From a virus: a DNA stretch of 64,000 nt. Under the pieces are notes generated by a model that saw nothing but the letters and a program-made list of their open reading frames with translations, was not told the DNA's origin and did no database searches. This document shows positions 19,763-29,846 of the stretch, in pieces. The position numbers and the translations under genes are program-made. Each line of letters starts with the position of its first letter. Within the stretch, counting starts at the first letter, position 1. The stretch is from positions 32,001 to 96,000 of the IMG/VR virus record IMGVR_UViG_3300027782_000044. One strand, written 5' to 3'.

Positions 19763-21361
19763 TTAGTATCCTCTAAAGTATGGGAAGTACGGTCCGCCGC
19801 CAAAACTTGGGAAGAACGGTGGGAAGAACGGTCCAAATGATGGGAAGTATGGTGGGAAGAACGGTCCAAATAATGGGAAGAACGGGAAGCTTGGTCCCTT
19901 AAAGAACGGGAAGTATGGTGGGAAGAACGGCGGGAAGAATGGTGGGAAGAATGGGAAGAACGGTGGGAAGAACGGCGGGAAGAATGGTGGGAAGAATGGT
20001 GGGAAGAATGGGAAGAAGGGTGGGAAGAACGGTGGGAAGAACGGTGGGAAGAACGGTGGGAAGAATGGGAAGAACGGTGGGAAGAACGGTGGGAAGAACG
20101 GGAAGAACGGTGGGAAGAATGGTGGGAAGAATGGGAAGAACGGTGGGAAGAACGGTGGGAAGAACGGTGGGAAGAACGGTGGGAAGAACGGCGGGAAGAA
20201 TGGGAAAAACGGAGCTATGGTAGTAATATTAGCACTATTATTTGAAGCTAAAGATGTTCCATTAGCATTAGTTGCTGTAGCTGAATATGTTTGAGAAGTA
20301 TTTGCTGTATCAGCAATAATAGTAGTTGTTGCATTTGCTGCTAGGTTTCCAGATACAGAAGCATCTGATCCAGTAACATTGTGCCGTGTTAATGCAGATC
20401 CTCCAGAAGCTCCTATTTGCCAGTTAATTGTATTTTGATTAACGCCAGCTGTTGCTGTTAAGTTTTGTGGTGCTTGAGGAACTGTAGTTGCCGTAACTGA
20501 ACTTGATGTTGTGGCTTCTGATGTTCCATTAGCATTTGTTGCTGTTACGCTAAAAGTATAAGCTGTTGCTGAGCTAAGACTTTGAATGGTTATTGGGGAA
20601 GCTCCAGAACCAGTAAGAGCGCCAGATGTGGCAGTATAAGAGGTAATTGCAGAACCACCAGTAGCGCCGCCAGTTGCTGTAATGGTTACTGCACCATTAT
20701 TATATGCTCGACCAATTCCTACGTCTGCTACTGTTACAGTTGGTGCTTGAGGAACTGTAGTTGCCGTAACTGAACTTGATGTTGTGGCTGCTGATATTCC
20801 ATTAGCATTTGTTGCTGTTACGCTAAAAGTATAAGCTGTTGCTGATGCAAGGCCTCCAATAGTTAATGGAAGTAATCCCGAACCACTAAGAGCTCCAGAT
20901 GTAACAGTGTAAGCGGTAATTGCAGAACCACCAGTGGCGCCACCTGTTGATGCTAAAGTTATTGCACCATCATTATATGCTCGTCCTGTTCCTACATTTG
21001 TTGCTGTTATTGTTGGTGCTTGAGGAACTGTAGTAACGGTAATAGCTCCAGTTGCTGCTGAAACAATTGAGGTTCCTGCTGCATTTGATGCTGTCATGCT
21101 AAATGTTGGAGTTGCTCCAGAAGCAATTCCTTCAACAGTAATTGGTGAAGAAGATCCTGTTCCTGTTTGGCCAGTACTTGCTGTTACTGTAAAAGATGTT
21201 GCTGCAGGGGATGCTGCTGGTAAAGTAAAGGTTATTGTCACCGCTCCATTATTAAATGGTCGAGATGTTCCAACGTTTGAAGCTCCAGTAATTGTTGGTT
21301 GGCTTGGCTCTAAGAAATTATCTTGAGCCGATGATTTTATACCTCTTCTTTTACTTGCCAT
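19763..21361 (-). CDS. Fibronectin type III repeat protein with C-terminal Pro/Phe repeat tail
   Basis: Four FN3-like units (VPQAP...GGSAITxYT...YTFSVTATNANG) followed by ~145 aa of (PPFF/PFF)n. Confidence 0.85.
   Translation of the reverse strand: MASKRRGIKSSAQDNFLEPSQPTITGASNVGTSRPFNNGAVTITFTLPAASPAATSFTVTASTGQTGTGSSSPITVEGIASGATPTFSMTASNAAGTSIVSAATGAITVTTVPQAPTITATNVGTGRAYNDGAITLASTGGATGGSAITAYTVTSGALSGSGLLPLTIGGLASATAYTFSVTATNANGISAATTSSSVTATTVPQAPTVTVADVGIGRAYNNGAVTITATGGATGGSAITSYTATSGALTGSGASPITIQSLSSATAYTFSVTATNANGTSEATTSSSVTATTVPQAPQNLTATAGVNQNTINWQIGASGGSALTRHNVTGSDASVSGNLAANATTTIIADTANTSQTYSATATNANGTSLASNNSANITTIAPFFPFFPPFFPPFFPPFFPPFFPPFFPFFPPFFPPFFPFFPPFFPPFFPFFPPFFPPFFPPFFPPFFPFFPPFFPPFFPPFFPPFFPFFPPFFPPFFPPYFPFFKGPSFPFFPLFGPFFPPYFPSFGPFFPPFFPSFGGGPYFPYFRGY
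19780..20212. repeat. Coding tandem repeat of 12-nt and 9-nt units encoding PPFF/PFF
   Basis: GGGAAGAACGGT and GGGAAGAAT units repeated about 35 times. Confidence 0.95.
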
Positions 21362-21388
21362 TCATTTAACCCCTATCCATTTATTTTA

Positions 21389-24300
21389 TTATGCGCTTAG
21401 ATCTCCAGCAAGTAACCATGTGTCTGTTGCGACCTTAGTTAATGTTGCTGATGAGTATGTTGTTCTTAATTTTAAACCTGGTGTACGAAGAATTGTGACT
21501 CCTACTGCTTCAACAAAGTTTGCACCTGTTCCAGCTGATTGATAGAAATCAATTGATGTTCCAATTGGGAAAGCTAATGTTGCATTTGTTGGCACTGTCA
21601 CTGCAAATGTTCCTGAAATTGGAATTAACTGATCTCTTAATGTAAGACCATGAGTTGGACCTGAAACTCCACCTGTTCCTAGGTTATATGCTGCTCCAAT
21701 TGTTGTTCCAATTGTTGTAAGTGATGGTACGCCAGCTTTTGTTTGTGTTCCATCTGTAAATGCTACGCCTGCTGCTGCAACTGTTACTGTACCAGTAAAT
21801 GTTGGTGAAGCAAGTGGAGCTTTTAGGCCAATGCTATTTGTAATTGTTGTTGAGAATGATGCATCATTTCCAAGAGCAGTTGCCAACTCATTAAGAGTAT
21901 TAAGAGCTGCTGGTGCTGATGCTACAAGATCTGACACTGCTGTTCCTACAAATGCTGTAGTTGCAACTTGTGTAGTATTTGTTCCAGCTGTTGCTGTTGG
22001 GGCTGTTGGAACACCTGTAAGTGCTGGTGAGGAAAGCGGTGCTTTCAAATCAAGTGCGGATGTTAGCCCTGAAATTTTAGATTGTGCAATTGCGGCTGAG
22101 GCGCTTATGTCTCCATCTACAATTGTTAAATCTGCAATCTTTGCTGAAGTAACTGCAGAATCTGCAATTTTTGCAGTTGATACAGCTACGTCTGCAATAT
22201 CTGCTGTTGCAACTGCTCCGTCAGCAATCATTCCAGTAGTAATTGTTCCAGTAGGAAGAGTTACTGTACCAGTAAATGTTGGTGATGCTAGTGGGGCATA
22301 TGTTGAGGCTGCAGTTGCTGAAGATAACTTAGTATCAATCTGAGTTTGAATGGCTGATGTTACTCCATTTACATATCCAAGTTCTGTTGCATCAACTGTT
22401 GAAGAGATTGCTAACTTAGTCCAATCAATTGCTGCTGTGGCATTTATATCAGAGTTAACAATTGTGCCTGCAACAATTTTTGCAGAAGTAATTGAATCGT
22501 CTGCAATTTTAGCAGTAGTTATTGCTGCATCTGCAATTTTTGCAGTTGATACAGCTACGTCTGCAATATCTGCTGTTGCAACTGCTCCGTCAGCAATCAT
22601 TCCAGTAGTAATTGTTCCAGTAGGAAGAGTTACTGTACCAGTAAATGTTGGTGAGGCTAATGGTGCTTTAAGATCAAGCGCTGTCTGAGTAGCAGTTGAT
22701 ATTGGCTTAGCTGCGTCTGAAGTATCGTCAGCATTTGTTAATCCTACCATTGCTTTAGTAACACCAGATACTGTACCAGTAAATGTTGGTGATGCAATTG
22801 GTGCTTTGAGGTCAAGTGCTGTCTGAGTAGCAGTTGATATTGGCTTTCCCAAATCTGATGTATTATTAACATTTGATAAGCCAACATCTGACTTTACAAT
22901 TCCAGTTGGTGTAGTAATTGATGGAGATGTAAGTGTTTTGTTAGTTAATGTTTGTGTACCAGATAGCGTTGCTACTGTTGAATCAATATCAATTGTAATT
23001 GTATTTGCTACATCATCATATACTTTATCTAAACCATTTCCAGCAATTATTGCTGTATTAACAGCATCTTGAGCCAGCTCTGTTATAGCAGAAGAATCTG
23101 CTTTTAGGTCAAGCGCTGTCTGAGTAGCAGTTGATATTGGCTTAGCTGCGTCTGAAGTGTTATCTACAGATCCAAGACCAACCATTGCTTTAGTAACACC
23201 AGATACTGTACCAGTAAATGTTGGTGATGCAATTGGTGCTTTAGAGTCAATTTGAGTTTGAATAGCTGAAGTAACTCCATTTACATATCCAAGTTCTGTT
23301 GAATCAACTAAACCTATTGATGTTGTCGAAGGCAGTGTAACTGTACCAGTAAATGTTGGTGCTGCTAATGGTGCCTTAAGATCAAGCGCTGTCTGAGTAT
23401 CAGTTGATATTGGCTTAGCTGCGTCTGAAGTGTTATCTACAGATCCAAGACCAACGTCTGCTTTAACTAAGCCAGATGGAGAGGTAATTGTTTTATTTGT
23501 AAGAGTTTGAGTTTCAGTTGTTCCAACAACTACTCCTGGAAGGCTTTTGCCTAAAACAGTAGTTAATGTCAGGATATCAATATTATTTATTTTAACTGTT
23601 TTATCAGCAGGAAGATTAATGTTTTCTGAAAAATCCCATGCCGATTTTGCAACACTATATTTAATTGACTTATCTGTTGTTCCCTTTAATATAATTCCAC
23701 CAGTATCTGCTCCTGCATCAGTTGGACTTGATGTTTGTCCTAAAACAATATCCTTGTCTTGAACAGTAAGGGTTGTTGAGTTAATTGTTGATGTCGTTCC
23801 ATTTACTGTCAAGTTGCCAGAAAGTGTTAGATTAACTGCAGTTGCATCTCCAGTAATTGCTGGTGAATTTAGTGGAGCTTTTAAGTCTAAAGCTACAAGA
23901 GTAGCATTTGATACTGGCTTCAAGGCATCTGATGTATTATCTACATTTGAAAGTCCTACTGAAGATTTTGTAAGTGCTGATACTGCAGTTGATATTTTAG
24001 TGTCTGCTGCAGTTCCAGATGAGGCAATTGCTTCTGATTTAGCAGTAGCTACGTTTGCTGTAGTTGCTAGTAGTGAAGTATTTGCAATTCCGTGAATATT
24101 AGTAGTATCTAATTCGTGTGTTGAAAGTGCTGATGCTGCTGCGGCAATTGCTGCATCTTGAGCTGTATTAGCTTTTGCAGTTGCATCAGTTCCCGCTGCT
24201 GTAATGGCTTCTGATTTAGCAGTAGCTACATTTGTTGTAGTTGCAAGAGCGGCTGTATCTGCAATACCGTGTACGCCAGTTGTATCAGATTCGTGAGTTG

Positions 24301-24748
24301 CGATTGCAGCAGAAATAGCTGCTGTTGCTGATATTTCCCGCCAGTTACCATTTGTACTTGCAGGGGAAGAAGCAAGTACATATGTTGTGCCGTTGTCTGA
24401 CTGAATTGCAATATCTCCAGGTTCTGCTGTTAAAGCCAAACGTGCAGCTTGGTTAGCTGCTGAAGAAACTGTTACTTTAGCAAGTGGGGGTAGCTGTGCT
24501 GAAGGAATAAATCCTGATGAGTCTAATGAGGCAACTCCATTTGCAACACCTTTAGTGCTTAAAAGAATATAATCGTCTACCGTTTGTGAGAGAGCATAAC
24601 TTAATGAATTCCAAGGGGTGCTTCCATCTCCAAATTTAAATGTGTTGGTATCTGTTTCAATACCAATTTCTCCTGCTGCTAGTGTTGGGTTGGCGGCATC
24701 CCATTGATCTGCTTCGCCTCTTCTTAATTGTAATCTAACTGTTGCCAT
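21389..24748 (-). CDS. Long fibre protein with Mtd/hyaluronidase-type N-terminal domain and internal repeats
   Basis: RLQLRRG...W..ANPTLAAGEIGIETDT..FKFGDG N-terminus; repeated VGL..VDNTSD..KPISTATQTALDLKAP.ASPTFTG; APAALNTLNELA.AL motif. Confidence 0.8.
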   Translation of the reverse strand: MATVRLQLRRGEADQWDAANPTLAAGEIGIETDTNTFKFGDGSTPWNSLSYALSQTVDDYILLSTKGVANGVASLDSSGFIPSAQLPPLAKVTVSSAANQAARLALTAEPGDIAIQSDNGTTYVLASSPASTNGNWREISATAAISAAIATHESDTTGVHGIADTAALATTTNVATAKSEAITAAGTDATAKANTAQDAAIAAAASALSTHELDTTNIHGIANTSLLATTANVATAKSEAIASSGTAADTKISTAVSALTKSSVGLSNVDNTSDALKPVSNATLVALDLKAPLNSPAITGDATAVNLTLSGNLTVNGTTSTINSTTLTVQDKDIVLGQTSSPTDAGADTGGIILKGTTDKSIKYSVAKSAWDFSENINLPADKTVKINNIDILTLTTVLGKSLPGVVVGTTETQTLTNKTITSPSGLVKADVGLGSVDNTSDAAKPISTDTQTALDLKAPLAAPTFTGTVTLPSTTSIGLVDSTELGYVNGVTSAIQTQIDSKAPIASPTFTGTVSGVTKAMVGLGSVDNTSDAAKPISTATQTALDLKADSSAITELAQDAVNTAIIAGNGLDKVYDDVANTITIDIDSTVATLSGTQTLTNKTLTSPSITTPTGIVKSDVGLSNVNNTSDLGKPISTATQTALDLKAPIASPTFTGTVSGVTKAMVGLTNADDTSDAAKPISTATQTALDLKAPLASPTFTGTVTLPTGTITTGMIADGAVATADIADVAVSTAKIADAAITTAKIADDSITSAKIVAGTIVNSDINATAAIDWTKLAISSTVDATELGYVNGVTSAIQTQIDTKLSSATAASTYAPLASPTFTGTVTLPTGTITTGMIADGAVATADIADVAVSTAKIADSAVTSAKIADLTIVDGDISASAAIAQSKISGLTSALDLKAPLSSPALTGVPTAPTATAGTNTTQVATTAFVGTAVSDLVASAPAALNTLNELATALGNDASFSTTITNSIGLKAPLASPTFTGTVTVAAAGVAFTDGTQTKAGVPSLTTIGTTIGAAYNLGTGGVSGPTHGLTLRDQLIPISGTFAVTVPTNATLAFPIGTSIDFYQSAGTGANFVEAVGVTILRTPGLKLRTTYSSATLTKVATDTWLLAGDLSA
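22165..23455. repeat. Near-identical internal DNA repeats in the fibre gene
   Basis: ~22165-22290 matches ~22525-22650; ~22670-22810 matches ~23105-23240 and partly ~23340-23455. Confidence 0.8.
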
Positions 24749-24801
24749 TTTGTTACCCCTTATATATTTTATTTATACTGCTTATTGTATCATTTATTGC
24801 T

Positions 24802-25167
24802 TTAAGATATGACTCCAGAGTCAAAAACCATAGAAACGTCGGCATCTGTAGAAGATGGAGACCCACCATCTACAAACTTGCTTGTTCCAGCAGGGTTTAC
24901 TCCATTTGCTTGAACTGTATAGATTGGTTGACCATTATAATCAATAGCTAAGCCAATATCCATAAAACTAACCTGTGAAGCTATGTCTGGAATCTCTGAA
25001 TTAAGTGCAATTGGAACCCAAGTTCCATTTATCTGAAGTTGCAACTTATTTGTTACTGTATCAAATCTAAGGGGTGTTTCGCCTAAAATGACATTAGACC
25101 CAAATGTGGCAGTGCCTGCTACATTGAGTCCGTTCTTTACTTTAAAATTCTTATTTTCTGTTGCCAT
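24802..25167 (-). CDS. Small virion/fibre-associated protein
   Basis: N-terminus MATxNKNFxVKNGL shared with the adjacent gene. Confidence 0.6.
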   Translation of the reverse strand: MATENKNFKVKNGLNVAGTATFGSNVILGETPLRFDTVTNKLQLQINGTWVPIALNSEIPDIASQVSFMDIGLAIDYNGQPIYTVQANGVNPAGTSKFVDGGSPSSTDADVSMVFDSGVIS

Positions 25168-25236
25168 TTAAGTTCACATATCCCCTAAGTGTTTTGGTGG
25201 GGTTTTTAAAAGGAACCCCATAACCTTGTTATTTAA

Positions 25237-26727
25237 TTATTTAATAAGTGTTGCTACTACGGTTACTGTTGTATTTGCATAAACAGTATTTACTTCTATT
25301 CCAATGTTTCCCGCCACATATGAGGCAGTAATTGTTCCAAGGGAACCATTTGTGCCAGTCTCAGCAAAATCAGTAATTGCTATGTTATTTGATGAGTCTG
25401 TAGTTAGTAGAATTTCTGAAATTTGTGAATGTGTTGCTGTTGCAAACTTTACCCACAATTTAGCTGTTGGATAGTCTGACTTAGCCCATGACATTACAGA
25501 AGAGCCTGTTGCTATTGAAGCAAGAACTGCCTGGGCTGCCCGCTGTGAAACTAGGTCATTTACGTTTACTGCTGTAAACTTTGTAGTACCATTCTTTACT
25601 GCAGTAAGTGCTGATGCTGCTGTAGCCTCTGCTGCTGCCTGAGCTGCGTTAGCTTTTGTAGTAGCATCTGTTGCTGCTGCTGTAGTTGCTGCTGACTGAG
25701 CTGCATTAGCTTTTGTAGTAGCATCTGTTGCTGCTGCTGTAGTTGCTGCTGACTGAGCTGCATTAGCTTTTGTAGTAGCATCTGCTGCTGCTGTGGCTTC
25801 TGCTGCTGCTTGAGATGCATCTGCTTCTGCTTTTGCAAATGCTGTAGTTGCAATCTGAGTTGTGTCAGTGTTTGCTGCTGCAGTAGGTGCTGTTGGCACA
25901 CCAGTAAGTGCTGGTGAAGCAAGAGGGGCCTTTGTTCCCAAGGCTGTGGTAATAGTTGTTGTGTAATTGGCATCATCATTAATTGCTGCTGCTAATTCAT
26001 TTAATGTATTAAGAAGTGATGGTGCTCCGTCAACAAGGTTGTCTACTGCAGTTGAAATTGCTGTATTTCGGTTTGAAACTTCTGTTGAAATTGCAGAGGT
26101 TAATGCTGAGTTTGCTGCTGTTGCTGCTGCTGAAATTGCTGCTGCCTGGGCTGCGTTAGCTTTTGTAGTAGCATCTGCTGCTGCTGTGGCCTCTGCTGCT
26201 GCCTGGGCTGCGTTAGCCTTTGTAGTAGCATCTGTTGCTGCTGCAGTCTGTGCTGCTGAAGCTGCACCGTATGCATCATAAGTATTTGCAGTTACAGATA
26301 TTGCACCTGTTGCATCATTGTATGAAAGACCAGTACCTAAAGAATTACCTATAGCATCTTGAGCTCTTTCATCTGTGTAATATTTATTTGTTGATCCTTC
26401 TGAGATCTCGTCTGAACTATGTCCTGAAAGGCTTGATACTGTTCCAGCTTGACCGCTTACGTTACCAGTTACATCACCAGTTACGTTACCAGTAAGGTTA
26501 CCCGTAAATGTTGCAGTAATTGTTCCTGCAGCAAAATTTCCGTTGGCATCTCTTTTTACAACAGTATTAGCTGTATTGGCTGAGGTTGCTGTACCACCAA
26601 TAATACTAACAATGTAGTCTTGGTCCGCTTGTGCCTTTGTTAATACATCAAAACCATTAACGGTGGCTGAACCACCTTCAACGATAAGACCATTTTTAAC
26701 TCTAAAATTCTTATTTACTGTTGCCAT
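25237..26727 (-). CDS. Fibre-like virion protein with Ala-rich repeats
   Basis: VVKRDANGNFAAGTITA, EGSTNKYYTDERAQDA, DATTKANAAQ repeats, LNTLNELAAA. Confidence 0.72.
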   Translation of the reverse strand: MATVNKNFRVKNGLIVEGGSATVNGFDVLTKAQADQDYIVSIIGGTATSANTANTVVKRDANGNFAAGTITATFTGNLTGNVTGDVTGNVSGQAGTVSSLSGHSSDEISEGSTNKYYTDERAQDAIGNSLGTGLSYNDATGAISVTANTYDAYGAASAAQTAAATDATTKANAAQAAAEATAAADATTKANAAQAAAISAAATAANSALTSAISTEVSNRNTAISTAVDNLVDGAPSLLNTLNELAAAINDDANYTTTITTALGTKAPLASPALTGVPTAPTAAANTDTTQIATTAFAKAEADASQAAAEATAAADATTKANAAQSAATTAAATDATTKANAAQSAATTAAATDATTKANAAQAAAEATAASALTAVKNGTTKFTAVNVNDLVSQRAAQAVLASIATGSSVMSWAKSDYPTAKLWVKFATATHSQISEILLTTDSSNNIAITDFAETGTNGSLGTITASYVAGNIGIEVNTVYANTTVTVVATLIK

Positions 26728-26753
26728 TGATATGACTCCCTTTTACTGCTTTT

Positions 26754-27305
26754 TTATGCTTTTAGTGCTGTTCTAAAATATCTTACTCTTATTGAGCCTG
26801 ATATCGGCGCAACACATAGACTTATTATACCGCTATTTTCTTCAAAAGTTATATTACCCAAAACATCATTTGTATTTGAAATAACATTAGATTCGGACAT
26901 GTAGACATTCGTTCCATCATTTAGAATCAGTACTGTTGAGCTTGTAGTTGAGTTTCCAGCCTGCTTATCAATCTGAATTTTATACTCAACTGTTTTGTAA
27001 ACATTTTTAGAAAACGAATCAATAGTTGTTTTGTTCTCTATACCGTTTATAGTTAAATCATTATTGCCATCTAGTCCTAAAATCTCTGAAGCATTTTCAG
27101 AATCTAGAATAGCAAGATTTTGTTCAAGTTGTGTAACTTTATAGTCTATTGAGTTTGTATCAGTTGACCCATTTACGCCAAGCTTGTTTTCAATTGCTTC
27201 AATTGCATCATTTACATTGCCATGCAGCGTTGCGTGGCCCTCCATTGATTCACTTGATGCGGGATTTGTAAGGTTATCTTTTGATGTAGGATAATTAGTC
27301 GCCAA
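26754..27305 (-). CDS. Putative virion structural protein
   Basis: MATNYPTSKD...H.N.NDAIEAIE.KLG N-terminus common in phage fibre genes. Confidence 0.55.
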   Translation of the reverse strand: MATNYPTSKDNLTNPASSESMEGHATLHGNVNDAIEAIENKLGVNGSTDTNSIDYKVTQLEQNLAILDSENASEILGLDGNNDLTINGIENKTTIDSFSKNVYKTVEYKIQIDKQAGNSTTSSTVLILNDGTNVYMSESNVISNTNDVLGNITFEENSGIISLCVAPISGSIRVRYFRTALKA

Positions 27306-27669
27306 TTTGGCCTCCGTCCAACAATGTTAACTGCGTGTAACTTGCATTTACATACGATGATGTTGGAGTACCACCGTCTATGCCTATTATAGCAGGACTT
27401 GTTTCTACAACTCCTGCGTTATTGTTAATATCAGAAAAATCAATTGTTTGTTGTAAATTAACTGTATGTACATTTCCATCATAAGAGTGAGTGTGCATAT
27501 AAAATGGAGCGGGATCAGTAGAACCAGGAGTTAAGTCAACCCAAATTGCACCATTGTATATCTTAATGTTTTTACTTGTAACATTAAAGTATACATCTCC
27601 AGATGAGCCAACAAGTGGATCTTCTGCAAGTGTAAGGAGATTGAGTAATGACTTAAACTTTTTGGCCAT
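27295..27669 (-). CDS. Putative virion structural protein
   Basis: GDVYFN......KIYNG..W fibre motif; within fibre operon. Confidence 0.55.
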   Translation of the reverse strand: MAKKFKSLLNLLTLAEDPLVGSSGDVYFNVTSKNIKIYNGAIWVDLTPGSTDPAPFYMHTHSYDGNVHTVNLQQTIDFSDINNNAGVVETSPAIIGIDGGTPTSSYVNASYTQLTLLDGGQIGD

Positions 27670-27678
27670 TTTAAATCC

Positions 27679-28974
27679 TTATCCTATTACAACTACTCTA
27701 TATTCTCCAGCTGTTGGGGCAACTGCAAATCTAATAGTTACTACTGAATCTGATGTGTGCTCAACATCTGTTTCTATCTGTGCAAATGGAGAAGCAACTT
27801 CATAAATAGCAGTTACTACGTCTTTTGTTCCTAAATTATGAGTTATTGTATAAGATGTTGCGGATGTGCCAAGAGTAGTTTTATATTTTCTTGTTATTTC
27901 GTGGTAATTTGTGCCATCATTTGTTAATGTCCACTGATCTGATGTTTCATTCCACAAAATTTCTGTATCTGGAGATGTTCCTCGTTCAACACGAATTCCA
28001 GCATCAACTGTTGGAGCTCCAGCAAAATCTGTATTAAGATTAATCTTATTATCAACAATATTTACTTGAGTAGTGTTTACTGAGTTAATTGTTCCAGTTA
28101 CATTTAAGTTACCACCAACTGTTAAGTTATTAGCAATTGTTACGTCATCTGGGAGTCCAATTGTTACAGCTGCTGATTCTCCGCTATTTGGAGAAACGGT
28201 AACTTCATTGGCTGTGCCAACAATTGTGGCTACATAGTCTCCAGTTGTATCTGTTCCAAGAGCGACTGAGTTTGGCTGAATTGTGGTTGATATTGTTACA
28301 TCACCCAAATTGGTCATTGTTGCAGAACCAGTCACATCTCCTGAGAGTGTAATTACTGGATCTTTATTAAGCGATACCGCTCCTGCTGTTACTGTAAAAT
28401 CTGTTGAGCTAAATGAAGCAACACCCTTATTTGTATATGTTGCATCTTCTGCAGATACAGTAATAGTGTTATTTGTTACTGCTACATCTATTCCTTCCCC
28501 GCCAGCTACTGTAAGAGTATCTGTAAGAAGGTCTACGGTGTCGGTTCCAGTATCTCCAGCAACCGAAAGATTGGTTGCTACGTTTACTGTTCCTGCTGCA
28601 GTCAAACGACCTTGAGCGTCAACTGTAAATGTCGGAATTGCTGTGGTTGATCCATATGATCCAGCAGTTACAGCTGTATCATTAAGTTTTAATGTTGTTG
28701 TGCCTGCGGCATCATCATATGTTGCTGTTAATGCTGTACCAGCAAGTACGGATGCACCAATAACGTCTTGAATGACCTCTGTAGATCCAGACATTGCCAT
28801 CCATGGACCATTAGGTGAGGATAGTCCATTGTAGTAGTACATCGTTTGATTTGATGTATCATAATAAATTTGACCAGATACTGGATTTGATGGTGCTGCG
28901 CCTAAGTTTTGGATTCTAGCATTGAGCAACTCATTCTTGTTGAGATCAACGCTAACTAAAAATTTTCTTGCCAT
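27679..28974 (-). CDS. Fibre/baseplate-like virion protein
   Basis: GQIYYDT, VTAGSYGS.TAIPTFTVDAQGRLTAAG, GIRVERG, ITHNLGT. Confidence 0.68.
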   Translation of the reverse strand: MARKFLVSVDLNKNELLNARIQNLGAAPSNPVSGQIYYDTSNQTMYYYNGLSSPNGPWMAMSGSTEVIQDVIGASVLAGTALTATYDDAAGTTTLKLNDTAVTAGSYGSTTAIPTFTVDAQGRLTAAGTVNVATNLSVAGDTGTDTVDLLTDTLTVAGGEGIDVAVTNNTITVSAEDATYTNKGVASFSSTDFTVTAGAVSLNKDPVITLSGDVTGSATMTNLGDVTISTTIQPNSVALGTDTTGDYVATIVGTANEVTVSPNSGESAAVTIGLPDDVTIANNLTVGGNLNVTGTINSVNTTQVNIVDNKINLNTDFAGAPTVDAGIRVERGTSPDTEILWNETSDQWTLTNDGTNYHEITRKYKTTLGTSATSYTITHNLGTKDVVTAIYEVASPFAQIETDVEHTSDSVVTIRFAVAPTAGEYRVVVIG

Positions 28975-28985
28975 TTGCTATCTCC

Positions 28986-29426
28986 TTATGACAGGTATGC
29001 TGTCCCTGAAAATGGTTGAGCCATTGTCAGTGTTATTTGGTTAGTACTATTGTAATCTATTCCAGTTTCTAAAATATCTCCAGCACTAGATTTTACGGTA
29101 ACATTTGGTTGATACCCTAATCCATGGCTAATAGCAACAGAATATACTCCTAGAGTTGGCCCAGTAACCTGAGTAAGCTCCCATGAATAAGCTAATGTGT
29201 TATTTGTTAAAAATATTTTATTTGAACCAGACCATGTTAGATCTGAAACTTTTGGACCGTGAAATGCTGAAGAAACTGTATCGTAATAAAAATCTCCAGA
29301 AAGTCCTAAATTTGGTGAAGGATTTCCAGAGCCATTAAGAATGGTTCTTCCTCTAGGGCCTTGTGGACCTGGAGAGGATACGACAACTTTATTTATTTGC
29401 TCTCTAACAACTACGGAATCAACCAT
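28986..29426 (-). CDS. Putative virion protein with short collagen-like motif
   Basis: PGPQGPRG; ISHGLGYQPNV; FSGTAYLS C-terminus. Confidence 0.55.
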   Translation of the reverse strand: MVDSVVVREQINKVVVSSPGPQGPRGRTILNGSGNPSPNLGLSGDFYYDTVSSAFHGPKVSDLTWSGSNKIFLTNNTLAYSWELTQVTGPTLGVYSVAISHGLGYQPNVTVKSSAGDILETGIDYNSTNQITLTMAQPFSGTAYLS

Positions 29427-29773
29427 TATATAGTTACCGATCTATTTAGGGTGAGAAACCCTTCAAGGAGCTTGATCTTATTCGCATTAGAATCTACAAC
29501 CATAATGTCATATACTGATTTTGGATAAAAGAGTTTATTTGTTTGAGTTGGTGTAAGTGTTACAGTTACTTTTCCAAGTGTGCCGTTTATTACTATTCCG
29601 CCGCTTGGAGATGTTAAAGTTACTGCTAACTTTGTTCCACCTTTTACATCACGCACCTGCATTTTTGCAGATGCGCCAGTAAGATCAATCGCATTACCAT
29701 TATCGTCTTTATATTCTACTACAAAGCTAAATGTTGCATTCTGATCTACTTCAAAATTCTTTTGTCCTGCCAT
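29426..29773 (-). CDS. Beta-sandwich virion adaptor (BppU-like)
   Basis: DQ.ATF......D..G.AIDLTG.SAKMQVR...YDI....LLEG. Confidence 0.6.
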   Translation of the reverse strand: MAGQKNFEVDQNATFSFVVEYKDDNGNAIDLTGASAKMQVRDVKGGTKLAVTLTSPSGGIVINGTLGKVTVTLTPTQTNKLFYPKSVYDIMVVDSNANKIKLLEGFLTLNRSVTI

Positions 29774-29846
29774 TTGCCATAGTCTCCTAAATAGGAATAC
29801 TCCTGTACTAATTTTAGCACAGGAGTATTTCTAATCGACTATATTT

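Noticed and set aside
19780-20223. Repeat as a CRISPR array, or plus-strand ORF 19915..20223 (MVGRT repeats) as the real gene
   Set aside because: No unique spacers. Unit lengths are multiples of 3 with variation at Pro third positions on the minus strand, in frame with the FN3 gene.
21389-24748. Diversity-generating retroelement, suggested by the Mtd-like N-terminus and internal repeats
   Set aside because: No reverse transcriptase in the window; repeats are in-frame structural duplications without obvious adenine-specific differences.
21831-28615. Long plus-strand ORFs opposite the fibre genes, and the Gln-rich ORF 25596..25979
   Set aside because: Shadows or alternate frames of Ala/Thr-rich genes, without RBSs. 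The same applies to 61148..61996 and 366..653.
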